Shown in pieces: positions 1 to 8,163 of a stretch of DNA of 24,857 nt. Source of the DNA: a virus (taxonomy: Duplodnaviria > Caudoviricetes); the IMG/VR virus record IMGVR_UViG_3300046005_000527, positions 1 to 24,857 of that record; one strand, written 5' to 3'. Below the pieces are notes generated by a model. The model saw only the letters and a list, made by a program, of their open reading frames with translations. It was not told where the DNA came from and ran no database searches. How positions within the stretch are numbered: position 1 is the stretch's first letter; each line of letters starts with the position of its first letter. The position numbers and the translations under genes were made by a program.

Positions 1-586
1 AGACGCCTGAGCCTGTTTCGCCTGTTACAGCAGCAGCTAAATTAGCACTTGAAGGAGTTTCAAGGAATGTAGCTACGCCTGTACCTAAACCAGTAACACC
101 TGTACTTATTGGTAGGCCTGTACAACTTGTTAAAGTACCGGATGCCGGTGTTCCTAGAGCAGGTGTAGTTAAAGTAGGTGAAGTTAAAGCATTAACAGCC
201 TCAACAAAATTAGTACCGTCGAAATAAATAACTTTTTTAGCGCCTATTGCAAAGGATACGCCTGCACCACCTAGAGCTATGAAATTAAGGGCTGCGTTAG
301 AGTTGTTATGGACAATATAAATTTTACTACTAGCAGGCGCTGTGATAGTTCGGGTAACTCCGGGGGTTCCGGTAGCAATAATAACCATCTGACGGGATTG
401 ATCTGAACTACCATCTTGTTTAGATAAAGTTACATCCCCTGCTGTAACACTAACAGACACTGACCCTGATATTGCCTCTTCTATAAGCGTACCAAGATTA
501 GTATTATTTGTAGTACCCCATGTATTTGCTTGTTCGCCAGTAGCTATAAGTTGTATACGTAAGTTTGGTGAATAGGTTGATGCCAT
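1..586 (-). CDS. Tail fibre / tail-associated structural protein, 5' part (runs off the left edge)
   Basis: Not in the ORF track because it is truncated. Manual translation from the ATG at 586 gives MASTYSPNLRIQLIATGEQANTWGTTNNTNLGTLIEEAISG...TSPTLTTPALGTPASGTLTSCTGLPISTGVTGLGTGVATFLETPSSANLAAAVTGETGSG, open to the edge. The Thr/Gly/Ser-rich repeats are typical of phage fibre proteins. Confidence 0.7.
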   Translation of the reverse strand, partial: MASTYSPNLRIQLIATGEQANTWGTTNNTNLGTLIEEAISGSVSVSVTAGDVTLSKQDGSSDQSRQMVIIATGTPGVTRTITAPASSKIYIVHNNSNAALNFIALGGAGVSFAIGAKKVIYFDGTNFVEAVNALTSPTLTTPALGTPASGTLTSCTGLPISTGVTGLGTGVATFLETPSSANLAAAVTGETGSGV

Positions 587-597
587 AATGCAAGCCC

Positions 598-1026
598 TTA
601 GTTAATTATTAAAACTGCAGTAGCCGCAGAGGGAGAAGGGAAAGTAACTGTAAAATCTTTGTTGTCTGTAGTATAAGTTCCACCAAAATTTAAAACACAT
701 ACGGCTTTATTTGTTTTTGTGGAGTTATAAATTAAAGCCCCCGCTGCCGCCATAGTAGAGGCTAACCAAACAGAGTCATCAAAGTCTATGTACACAGTAG
801 TACCAGAAGTAGTAACCCCTTGACCCACTAATATATTTCCCCCAGCACTATAGCCGCCTGTAGCAGGGCATTCATTATCAGTAGTGTATATCCCAGTACT
901 ACTATTTAGAGTAGCTTCATAGGTAAAAAGTGCAATTTTAAATACATCCCCAGTAACTGCAGTAAAATCATGTATCCCTGTTAAAAGCTCTGATTTAAAT
1001 GATGCACAGATATCTTGAGTTATCAT
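598..1026 (-). CDS. Conserved phage virion (tail/neck) protein, 142 aa
   Basis: Motifs SFKSELL, FKIALF, GYSAGG, GALIYN and AVCVLNFG resemble a widespread phage structural protein. It lies in the operon between an adaptor gene and the fibre gene. Confidence 0.65.
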   Translation of the reverse strand: MITQDICASFKSELLTGIHDFTAVTGDVFKIALFTYEATLNSSTGIYTTDNECPATGGYSAGGNILVGQGVTTSGTTVYIDFDDSVWLASTMAAAGALIYNSTKTNKAVCVLNFGGTYTTDNKDFTVTFPSPSAATAVLIIN

Positions 1027-1027
1027 T

Positions 1028-1708
1028 TTAATTTACCTTGTCCCTAACCTGAGTAACCCTATAAGAGTCTTGACGGTTTTTACCATCACCTAGTTGTTTG
1101 AGTTCTACCATTACTTGGTCAAACTTAGATTGATAAGCCTGTATAAGCTCAGCTTCACCTTTTAAAAACACATACCCTTCAACAAGTGCACCCCATAATA
1201 AAGCATTAGGGAAGTTATCCCCTACCCACGTAGTACCTAAAGGCGCATCTACAATAGACTGAGGGTAAGCAAAATAGTGTAGTTCTGTTGTATAGGTACT
1301 GTCAGGTGTAGGCCCTAGTAGCATCTGTGTGTTATCAAAAAGACTGTAGTACTGGGGTATACCTGTAACAGTAGGGTAAGGAAAAGCTTCTCTAATATAA
1401 TTTACATCTTTGTTTAGTAGGTACTGATAAGTAGCAGTAGGTATTAAGTTTACTGTTGTATTAGGTACAACCGCTAAAGAAAAAACAGATAAAAAATCTA
1501 CTGGAAGGTCTATATAAGGGTCTCCTAAAGTACAGGCGCTACTAACACTTTTTCTAAACGCAGGGAGCTGTACCGAGTTATTAATAATAATCTCAGTGTT
1601 TCTAATAAAGTTGTCGATATTTGCAACAAAAGTAGGCTCTGCCCCATCCCCTACGTACTCTACCATAAGGTATTGTTGGATTGCAGTTGTCAGCTCATCG
1701 TAAGTCAT
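1028..1708 (-). CDS. Head-tail adaptor / tail tubular-like protein, 226 aa
   Basis: MTYDELTTAIQQY start, LPVDFL, GIPQYY, LGPTPD..Y..ELHY and ALLWGALVEGY motifs are typical of podovirus-like adaptor proteins. Synteny fits. Confidence 0.7.
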   Translation of the reverse strand: MTYDELTTAIQQYLMVEYVGDGAEPTFVANIDNFIRNTEIIINNSVQLPAFRKSVSSACTLGDPYIDLPVDFLSVFSLAVVPNTTVNLIPTATYQYLLNKDVNYIREAFPYPTVTGIPQYYSLFDNTQMLLGPTPDSTYTTELHYFAYPQSIVDAPLGTTWVGDNFPNALLWGALVEGYVFLKGEAELIQAYQSKFDQVMVELKQLGDGKNRQDSYRVTQVRDKVN

Positions 1709-1710
1709 GG

Positions 1711-1890
1711 TTAGCCCATTTTACTAGAAGCCATTGTGCCTCTAATAGCTGCACCAGTACCGCGTACCTTAACTGTTTTCTTGTTATCTATCTTTACAGG
1801 GTAGCCATTGCCTACAGGAGTAGGTACAGATTTTACTCCACTGTACTCAGCAGAACCTTCAGTATGTTTTTTAGTGTCGTATTTAGCCAT
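1711..1890 (-). CDS. Small basic protein, 59 aa (start revised to MAKYDTKK)
   Basis: The ATG at 1890 lies immediately after the upstream stop (1892). It carries the RGTGAAIRG motif shared with neighbouring small proteins. Confidence 0.65.
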   Translation of the reverse strand: MAKYDTKKHTEGSAEYSGVKSVPTPVGNGYPVKIDNKKTVKVRGTGAAIRGTMASSKMG

Positions 1891-1891
1891 G

Positions 1892-2224
1892 TTATGTCTC
1901 AGTAATTGTAATGAACACACTATTTAGTGTAATGTTAAGTTGTTGTGTTGCTACTGGATTAAAAGCAAATAACCCCCGTGAAGCATCTAAATTAGTATCT
2001 GGTCTAGGTTCACGTAGAGCTTGTGGGTCATTAGCTACCTTTTGAGCACCTATAATACCTACCCAGTTTTGAGGGTGGTCTATCTCCCAACACTCTGGAC
2101 AAACCCTCTGGTTAATAACTTTACCTAAAACTACATACTTTTTAAGTTTTTTAAGGGGGAACCTAAAGTTGCATTTATCACAAAAACCAAACGCTTTCTT
2201 CTCACTAGCAAATGGACTTGCCAT
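1892..2224 (-). CDS. Conserved phage protein with a CxxC...CxxC zinc-ribbon-like motif, 110 aa
   Basis: CDKC and CPEC pairs plus a DPQALREPRPD motif. Start overlaps the upstream stop (translational coupling). Confidence 0.75.
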   Translation of the reverse strand: MASPFASEKKAFGFCDKCNFRFPLKKLKKYVVLGKVINQRVCPECWEIDHPQNWVGIIGAQKVANDPQALREPRPDTNLDASRGLFAFNPVATQQLNITLNSVFITITET

Positions 2225-2925
2225 TACCAGCCTCCACCAATAGACCCGATACGTGGTACAAACCTAACAGCTACACGTTGCCTATCTTCATCAGCTGCCA
2301 GTTCAAAAGCTTCCTCATATAACTGTTTAAGCATCGGTATCTTAGCTTCTGCTTCTGGTGTTTTAATAGCAAGTTGATAAGCGAGCCCAGCAGTCATAGC
2401 TTCTAAGAATCTAAAGGGGATATCCAGTGTGTTTGCACCTGTATTACCCGCATCTTGCATCCTACGTAACCGCCAATAGACTAGAGTATACCCCGTAGTA
2501 TTAGGTAAAGGCCATATTTTTGCTGTTGGTATTGGAGACTGCCTATCAACAAATAACTGAATGGGCCTGCCTTGAGCCAGCTTGTTAGGGATAGTAGCAT
2601 AGGTAGAGATACTTATCCGGGCTATTTGTAAGTCTACTTGATTAGCTTGACTGCCCTCGTTCTGCCGCACTACGGTCTCTATTAAGTCTATAGTATCTTC
2701 AGGTAATGCATAAGTGCCAACACCAACAAGTAGTGGTATCTCGCCTGAGTCAATAGTCCATAAGTTAAGTCCACGATTTGCCCAAGATGCTAAGAGATAA
2801 TTAAGACTCCTCCTAGCAGTACGGAACTGATAGCCTGTACGAATCTCAACACCTACACGCTCGTAGGCCTCTTCCATTATTTCGGCAATATCTGGGTTGA
2901 ATGTAGTAAGGCCGGAAGTGCTCAT
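2224..2925 (-). CDS. Head-tail connector / adaptor-like protein, 233 aa
   Basis: EEAYER.G, ARRSLN.L...WANRGLNLWT, IPNK..QGRP, WPLP and IPFRFLEAM.AGLAY motifs. Located in the structural operon. Confidence 0.7.
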   Translation of the reverse strand: MSTSGLTTFNPDIAEIMEEAYERVGVEIRTGYQFRTARRSLNYLLASWANRGLNLWTIDSGEIPLLVGVGTYALPEDTIDLIETVVRQNEGSQANQVDLQIARISISTYATIPNKLAQGRPIQLFVDRQSPIPTAKIWPLPNTTGYTLVYWRLRRMQDAGNTGANTLDIPFRFLEAMTAGLAYQLAIKTPEAEAKIPMLKQLYEEAFELAADEDRQRVAVRFVPRIGSIGGGW

Positions 2926-2927
2926 AA

Positions 2928-3359
2928 TTACCTTTGTTGAGGTCGTTGTAATGGCATAGAAGTTGGATTACCTTGTACCTGCAAACCTTGTGGAGGTCTA
3001 TACTGCGATAACATAGGGGGTTGTCCAAAGTTTTGGCTTTGTAACGGTGTCTGCATTGGGGCTACTGGTTGACCACCTACACCTGCATCACTACCACTAG
3101 CATCAAAACCCATATTAGGGCCATTAGCTGTTTGAGGTTGATTAGGTGCACCTTGTTGAGGATATTCCATAGAAGGTTGGTTGGGTGATGCAAAGTTATT
3201 GTAGGTGCTCTGAGTATTAAACTGAGGCATAGGGTTAGCGGGCGCTTGAGCGCCATACTGAGGTACTTGAGTACCTACACCATTTTGAGGCCATACAGTA
3301 CCCCCATCAGCAAATGTTTGAGCAGGAGCTGCAGGAGCAGGAGGAGGCCCGCCACTCAT
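2928..3359 (-). CDS. Pro/Gln/Gly-rich low-complexity protein, 143 aa
   Basis: Fills the gap between neighbours exactly, with a TAATG stop/start overlap at 3359. Contains FADGG. Confidence 0.65.
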   Translation of the reverse strand: MSGGPPPAPAAPAQTFADGGTVWPQNGVGTQVPQYGAQAPANPMPQFNTQSTYNNFASPNQPSMEYPQQGAPNQPQTANGPNMGFDASGSDAGVGGQPVAPMQTPLQSQNFGQPPMLSQYRPPQGLQVQGNPTSMPLQRPQQR

Positions 3360-3580
3360 TAAACTATCCTACCTTTGGTACGGCCTTTAGTAGCACAACC
3401 ATCACCTTTACTTACAGAACCACCTGTAGCAAATTTCTTCATTTCAGGCTTCTCCATCTTTTCACCTTTAGCGTATTGCATGGGTGAAATCTTACCTGAC
3501 TTAATTGCTTTAGCTTCTTTTAACTCTTCAGCAACGGTGTCTTTACCACGAAATAATTTTTTTAAGTCTCGTTTAGCCAT
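3359..3580 (-). CDS. Small basic protein with FATGG and KGDGCATKGRTKG motifs, 73 aa
   Basis: Coupled stop/start overlaps on both sides. C-terminal motif is shared with 3580..4038. Confidence 0.75.
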   Translation of the reverse strand: MAKRDLKKLFRGKDTVAEELKEAKAIKSGKISPMQYAKGEKMEKPEMKKFATGGSVSKGDGCATKGRTKGRIV

Positions 3581-4038
3581 TACCGCATTGCTCCTTTTGT
3601 ATGACCTTTAATAGCGCAGCCGTTACCACGTGATATAGACCCACCACATTTCTTTTTCTGCATATCTTCAGGGCGCATCACATCATTAGCTTCATCAGAT
3701 ACTTTCTGTCTAGGTGCTGGTTTAGGCGTAGGTCTAGGAGTTGATCTTGGTGTAGCTGAAGCTCTTTCTACATCAGCTGAATCACGGGCTTCTTTACTTA
3801 AACCCCCGCCTGCACCAAACCCTTTAGTACTACCACCGCATTTAAAACCTGCAGGTTTAGCAGAACGCATAGCGCCTAATTGAGCTAAGTCAGGTGTTGG
3901 AGCACCTCGTTTAATTATTTTAGCTTTAATTGTATCTTTCTTTTTTAGCGGAAACATACCCGCTTTAGTTTTAACCATATCAGATTTACCTCTAGCTTTG
4001 TCTTGAATGTTTGAAATACCACGTGAAGGGCGAGTCAT
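3580..4038 (-). CDS. Basic protein with repeated xxGG motifs and RGNGCAIKGHTKG tail, 152 aa
   Basis: Lys-rich. Contains FKCGG, FGAGGG and KKCGG motifs. Packed in the operon. Confidence 0.75.
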   Translation of the reverse strand: MTRPSRGISNIQDKARGKSDMVKTKAGMFPLKKKDTIKAKIIKRGAPTPDLAQLGAMRSAKPAGFKCGGSTKGFGAGGGLSKEARDSADVERASATPRSTPRPTPKPAPRQKVSDEANDVMRPEDMQKKKCGGSISRGNGCAIKGHTKGAMR

Positions 4039-4053
4039 ATTAGTTAGCCTATA

Positions 4054-4335
4054 CTATTTAGTTCCACAGTTCCACCTTTTTAATGACGCTGCTTTACGAG
4101 TCGGGTTACCTTTCTCATCTTTCATTGGGCCTTTGGATGCTTCCATTCTTGAGCAAAATGATTTCTTTCTACCCTCATCCGCTTTGGTTTTAGGATTTGG
4201 AGCAGGTGCCTTTAAGTTAGAGCCGGTTGCCGCATTGTACTTGTCTCTGCCCGCTTTGGTCAAACCTGCGCCTTTAGATACAGGGAGCTTTTCGCCTCTA
4301 CCAACTGATAATACGGGTGCCTTTTTAGTAGCCAT
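4054..4335 (-). CDS. Conserved small basic phage protein (resembles the DUF6321 family), 93 aa
   Basis: GAGLTKAGRDKYNAATGSNLKAP...RKKSFCSRM...SLKRWNC pattern recognised from memory of phage proteins. Family name not verified. Confidence 0.7.
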   Translation of the reverse strand: MATKKAPVLSVGRGEKLPVSKGAGLTKAGRDKYNAATGSNLKAPAPNPKTKADEGRKKSFCSRMEASKGPMKDEKGNPTRKAASLKRWNCGTK

Positions 4336-4338
4336 AAT

Positions 4339-4596
4339 TTAAGGTTTAATAAAATTAAGTATCCATGCAATCAGACTACCTATCGCTGCCCCAAAACCAC
4401 CAACCATCATCATCATTTTCCATCCCCCTTGAGCTTCTGCGAGTGTCTTACTAATATCTTGCAGAGTTTTTTTAACCTCAACCATATCTTCAGTCATTCT
4501 ATCCATATCGGCCTGTAGATGCTTAATATCAGAGCCGTGTTCCGCTAACTCTCTAGCGGTACGCACTTCAGGGTCAGTCGCTCTTTGATGTTCCAT
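4339..4596 (-). CDS. Coiled-coil protein with a C-terminal transmembrane helix (holin/XhlA-like topology), 85 aa
   Basis: Heptad-like N-terminal region followed by hydrophobic GGWKMMMMVGGFGAAIGSLIAWIL. Confidence 0.6.
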   Translation of the reverse strand: MEHQRATDPEVRTARELAEHGSDIKHLQADMDRMTEDMVEVKKTLQDISKTLAEAQGGWKMMMMVGGFGAAIGSLIAWILNFIKP

Positions 4597-4602
4597 ATTT
4601 TA

Positions 4603-4923
4603 TCACACTACAGGTGGTACTGTTAAAACAACACTCGGATCAACCTCAGAAATAACAGGCTCTTCAACTAGAATAACCTGAACCAAACCCAAGCCTGCTA
4701 GGGCTGCTTGCCAATCGTCAGACCTCACCCATTTAGGCCAAGGCGTATTTACAAGCGCATCCACTTCTTCATTGCTAAAAGGGCCGGATGTAAAGTAATG
4801 CGTCACAGGTAACAGGCCATCTGAACTAGCTTGTGCGTTAAAGTATTCGGTGGTGGTTACGTCTTGCGCTTTAGTTCGATCTTCAGCTAAAACGATAATC
4901 GTGCAGTTAGTGAAATTTGTCAT
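4603..4923 (-). CDS. Hypothetical protein coupled to the large fibre-like gene, 106 aa
   Basis: Start overlaps the stop of 4923..7187. Acidic. May be an accessory or chaperone protein (inference). Confidence 0.6.
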   Translation of the reverse strand: MTNFTNCTIIVLAEDRTKAQDVTTTEYFNAQASSDGLLPVTHYFTSGPFSNEEVDALVNTPWPKWVRSDDWQAALAGLGLVQVILVEEPVISEVDPSVVLTVPPVV

Positions 4924-7187
4924 TAGAAAGTGATTCCTGTTTTGGTAGCCATGTATTGTTCGGTTTGAGTTACAGAAGCTGTGTCAGATTGTGCGCCTCG
5001 AATTACAGCACCGTAGAATTGTCCGTTGAGGTGTGAGCTTGTACCGGCTCGTGCAAATAAGTAGAGTGGATAGTTACCGAAGTTGCCACTTGCTGTTGGA
5101 GTTAATGTAGTTTGTTTATCTAATCCATTCACTCGAAGGTTTATTGATCCGGGTATTATTAACATTTGTCCCGATAAAACATTAGATATCGGTGCTGAAT
5201 AACCTAATGTTGATGCGTTTGTATTGCTAGTTGGTGTTACAAGATAAAAAGTATAACTATCCGATGATCCTCCTGAGCAGTCTGCAACGAAAGAGCCGGG
5301 GTTGATAGTCGGAGAAGAGCTTAACTCACCAATAATTGCTCTTGTTGCATCACTCAACTTCCTAACCCCCGTCACCACAGTCATCTTATCCGTAGCTGTA
5401 AAGTCAATGGAGTTAGTAGACATTGCGCTTGATGTACCGTTAGCTTTTAGATACAGCGGAAATCCTACACTGTCGTAGTCTGATGCTGTGTTGACACGCT
5501 GGTAAGGTGGTAGTAGTGCGCCTGAGTTCGTGGGGCGTAGATCTGGGTTAGTTGCATTTATGAATGCGCCTACTGAGTTTCCGCTTATTTCACCGTAAGG
5601 TGCGTTAAAGGTGTTTCCAGTCGCAGCTGAGGCAAGCATTACTCCAAAATACCTTAGCACTGATGTCGTGCAAGAAACAACGGCTGATATTATATAAAAC
5701 CCATCACTATCTGGGACAATACTTTGATTTGTTATTGTAATTCCTACGCCTAAACCAGTTGCAGATTGTCCAACTGACGGAGACAAAGTGCTAACATTAA
5801 AAACAATAGTTGCCCAATAACTGACTGTACCTTGTATGTTTAAAGCAGCATAATTATTTGTACCAGCTTTAACTTTACATCTTAATGTGTATGAAGCAAT
5901 TGGTAAATTTGACCCATTATCTTTATAAAGATACGCGATTGTTCCGGTTGCGGTAATTGTTGTTGGCGTTGCTGTGACTGTTGCCTTAACCCAATCTGTT
6001 GCACTAAAATCCTCCGTCTTAGTTAATAGGTTCACCCTCGAACTCAGTATCGGGCGGTTAGCGGAGGTGGGTTGAAATGCGTGGTTGCCTGCTATTTGGC
6101 GGACGGATAGTGAGCGTACAACTCCTGATGTTCCAGCTTCCCCTGTTTGAATTTGAATAAATGGGTCTGATGCAATTGTCCCAATTTTTAGAGTTATTGT
6201 TCCTGTGCTTGTTATTGGTGCCGAACTGGTTCCACCTATCCTTGCTCTAAAAGAACCAGACGTAATAGTATCTATAACTAATGTAACTTGATAAAATTTT
6301 CCAGCACTAATTGTTGTTGACGAGGTTTGGTATGGACCTGACCCAACAGGCGCGGAACTAAAAGTACAAACCCCCCCACTGATAACCGATCCTGCCTGAA
6401 GCGTCCACCCAGTAGTCCCATTACTAAAGTCCCCATTAGTCACCAACTCAGCACCTAGCGCCAGACCTTTCGACTTATCGAGCATTAGCCCGACTGGTTG
6501 TTCAAGTGCGGTTACAGGTATAGTACCTGCGGAGTCTTGGAATAAGACAGGTTGAGGTTGGTAAGTGTAGTAATCTTGTATGCCGTCAGTGATCTTTTGG
6601 TAAGTTGAGGGTGTGCTTCCGGTTTCGCATTGACCAAAACAAATATCTACCGCATCACCACTTACACTTATATTTACTCCGAAATATGCTGTCCCTGAAA
6701 TAGATACAGATGGGACATTTAACCTGCTCCATGTGCTTGTAACGCTAGTAGTTACATCAACTAAGTTATTAGTGGCATTGCGTATGTAAATTAAACCTCC
6801 ACCTGTTTTTCTACGAATATAGATCGTTTGTGCTGAATATCCGACTGACGCGAAAGAGGTAAAGATAAGTCCATTATTTGCGGTTGCACTTACTGTTGTC
6901 GCTAACGCCCCACCAAAAGCGTCATCTACACCCGTAGTTAGCGTAGTATTTGAAAAGCTCCAAGCCAAAAAATCATTACTCCGCAACAGCAGATTCCTAC
7001 GCCAATTAGGTAAGAAATCACTGGGGTCGTACCATGCACCTTGTTCTCCTTTTGCGAACCAATTAAGAACACTAAAGAAAGACACATACTCATACGGGCC
7101 ACCTACACCACCATAGGCAATAACACCCGTTGCCGTTCCTGAAGAAGTGTTCGTATAATTAGCAACTCCAGCAACGCCAACACCCAT
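4923..7187 (-). CDS. Large beta-rich virion surface protein with carbohydrate-binding/LamG-like modules, 754 aa
   Basis: Thr/Ser/Gly-rich. Motifs GAWYDPSD, LFQDSAGT.PVT...PVGLMLDKS, ELVTNGDFSNGTTGW, GNHAFQ and LNGQFYGAVI. Confidence 0.7.
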   Translation of the reverse strand: MGVGVAGVANYTNTSSGTATGVIAYGGVGGPYEYVSFFSVLNWFAKGEQGAWYDPSDFLPNWRRNLLLRSNDFLAWSFSNTTLTTGVDDAFGGALATTVSATANNGLIFTSFASVGYSAQTIYIRRKTGGGLIYIRNATNNLVDVTTSVTSTWSRLNVPSVSISGTAYFGVNISVSGDAVDICFGQCETGSTPSTYQKITDGIQDYYTYQPQPVLFQDSAGTIPVTALEQPVGLMLDKSKGLALGAELVTNGDFSNGTTGWTLQAGSVISGGVCTFSSAPVGSGPYQTSSTTISAGKFYQVTLVIDTITSGSFRARIGGTSSAPITSTGTITLKIGTIASDPFIQIQTGEAGTSGVVRSLSVRQIAGNHAFQPTSANRPILSSRVNLLTKTEDFSATDWVKATVTATPTTITATGTIAYLYKDNGSNLPIASYTLRCKVKAGTNNYAALNIQGTVSYWATIVFNVSTLSPSVGQSATGLGVGITITNQSIVPDSDGFYIISAVVSCTTSVLRYFGVMLASAATGNTFNAPYGEISGNSVGAFINATNPDLRPTNSGALLPPYQRVNTASDYDSVGFPLYLKANGTSSAMSTNSIDFTATDKMTVVTGVRKLSDATRAIIGELSSSPTINPGSFVADCSGGSSDSYTFYLVTPTSNTNASTLGYSAPISNVLSGQMLIIPGSINLRVNGLDKQTTLTPTASGNFGNYPLYLFARAGTSSHLNGQFYGAVIRGAQSDTASVTQTEQYMATKTGITF

Positions 7188-7188
7188 A

Positions 7189-7515
7189 TTAACCGCCTAC
7201 CAATCCAGCTTGAATTAAAGTTAAATTAACAGAACCACTACCCGCTGATATGTTAATACGTATTGCACTAACAGGGAACGCATAGTTACCGTCACCAGTA
7301 GCTGTAGCAGAAGTAAAGTTAGGATGATTAAACCAAGTGCCTGAAGCAGGCACGTAGGTAGGGGAAAATACATCATCAAAAGTATGTTGAATATTATAAG
7401 TAGCAGTACCTGAGACTACTGCACCGAAGCCCACATTAAAGGGGCTAATATAATGATCTAACGGAGTAGGAGCAGACACCCCTACTCCTGTAACGGTAGC
7501 AACTTGTCTTCTCAT
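7189..7515 (-). CDS. Small beta-rich structural protein, 108 aa
   Basis: YNIQHTFDD...W...GNYAFPVSAIRI pattern. GGAG RBS upstream on the minus strand. Confidence 0.65.
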   Translation of the reverse strand: MRRQVATVTGVGVSAPTPLDHYISPFNVGFGAVVSGTATYNIQHTFDDVFSPTYVPASGTWFNHPNFTSATATGDGNYAFPVSAIRINISAGSGSVNLTLIQAGLVGG

Positions 7516-7528
7516 TTCAGTCTCCTAC

Positions 7529-8035
7529 TTATTGAGCGTCGTAGGTAGAACGATCGTCTGGTTGGGTGTATTGAATCGTAACAACTATTTTACCCGCAGA
7601 AGCAGCTGTACCAGTAAGTGTCAGTGTTACCGCCAAAGGAGACACAGGAAAAGAGCCAGTGATAGAAGATGAAACATCCCCTGCCGCTGCTGATGTGTTG
7701 TACCAGTTGACAGCTTGCGCTGCTGTAGGGGCGGTAGGGGCGGTAAAACCAGCGGTACTAGCAACAAAAGTAGTGGCGTATTCAGTACCAGCAGCGGTTT
7801 TGCCTATTGTGACGTTGCTAGAAGTACCTGCATTATATGCAACAGGAATCAAACCTACGATATTTATAATACGGCTTCCAGCAGGGAGATAAATAATTTT
7901 TGTGGTAGTGACTGTATCGCCAGCGGTAAAATCAAATACAGCATTTTGGTTTAAGACAACAGTACCGACATCTTTATAAGTGTTGTATTTAATATCGCCA
8001 GCTTTAATTGGGCCTGAGAATGTACTTCTTGACAT
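7529..8035 (-). CDS. Putative capsid decoration / structural protein, 168 aa
   Basis: MSRSTFSGPIKAG start, LPAGSRII and beta-sandwich-like composition. First structural gene after the capsid and endonuclease genes. AAGGA RBS. Confidence 0.65.
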   Translation of the reverse strand: MSRSTFSGPIKAGDIKYNTYKDVGTVVLNQNAVFDFTAGDTVTTTKIIYLPAGSRIINIVGLIPVAYNAGTSSNVTIGKTAAGTEYATTFVASTAGFTAPTAPTAAQAVNWYNTSAAAGDVSSSITGSFPVSPLAVTLTLTGTAASAGKIVVTIQYTQPDDRSTYDAQ

Positions 8036-8046
8036 GGTAGTTCCTT

Positions 8047-8120
8047 CATAGAAAGTTAAAGCCTAATAGTCTTCTATGCGTCTGTCCGAGGGCAGTCTAT
8101 TAAGCCGAAAAGTGTCTCGG
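8047..8120 (-). ncRNA. Candidate structured cis-regulatory RNA (stem plus two pseudoknots) in the 5' UTR of 7529..8035
   Basis: Complementary segments 8061-8069/8097-8105 (9 bp, one G-U), 8047-8054/8071-8078 (8 bp, one G-U) and 8086-8090/8116-8120 (5 bp). Both wobbles work only on the minus (sense) strand. Confidence 0.6.
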
Positions 8121-8130
8121 TATGGACTTA

Positions 8131-8159
8131 CTTATACTAGCTTTTTATGTAGGGTGCAA
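8131..8159 (-). promoter_or_regulatory. Putative sigma70 promoter for downstream structural genes
   Basis: Minus strand TTGCAC-17 nt-TATAAG, directly upstream of the structured leader. Confidence 0.5.
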
Positions 8160-8163
8160 GTGT

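Noticed and set aside
4923-7187. Diversity-generating retroelement target in the fibre-like gene
   Set aside because: No reverse transcriptase and no template/variable repeat pair differing at adenines was seen in the window.
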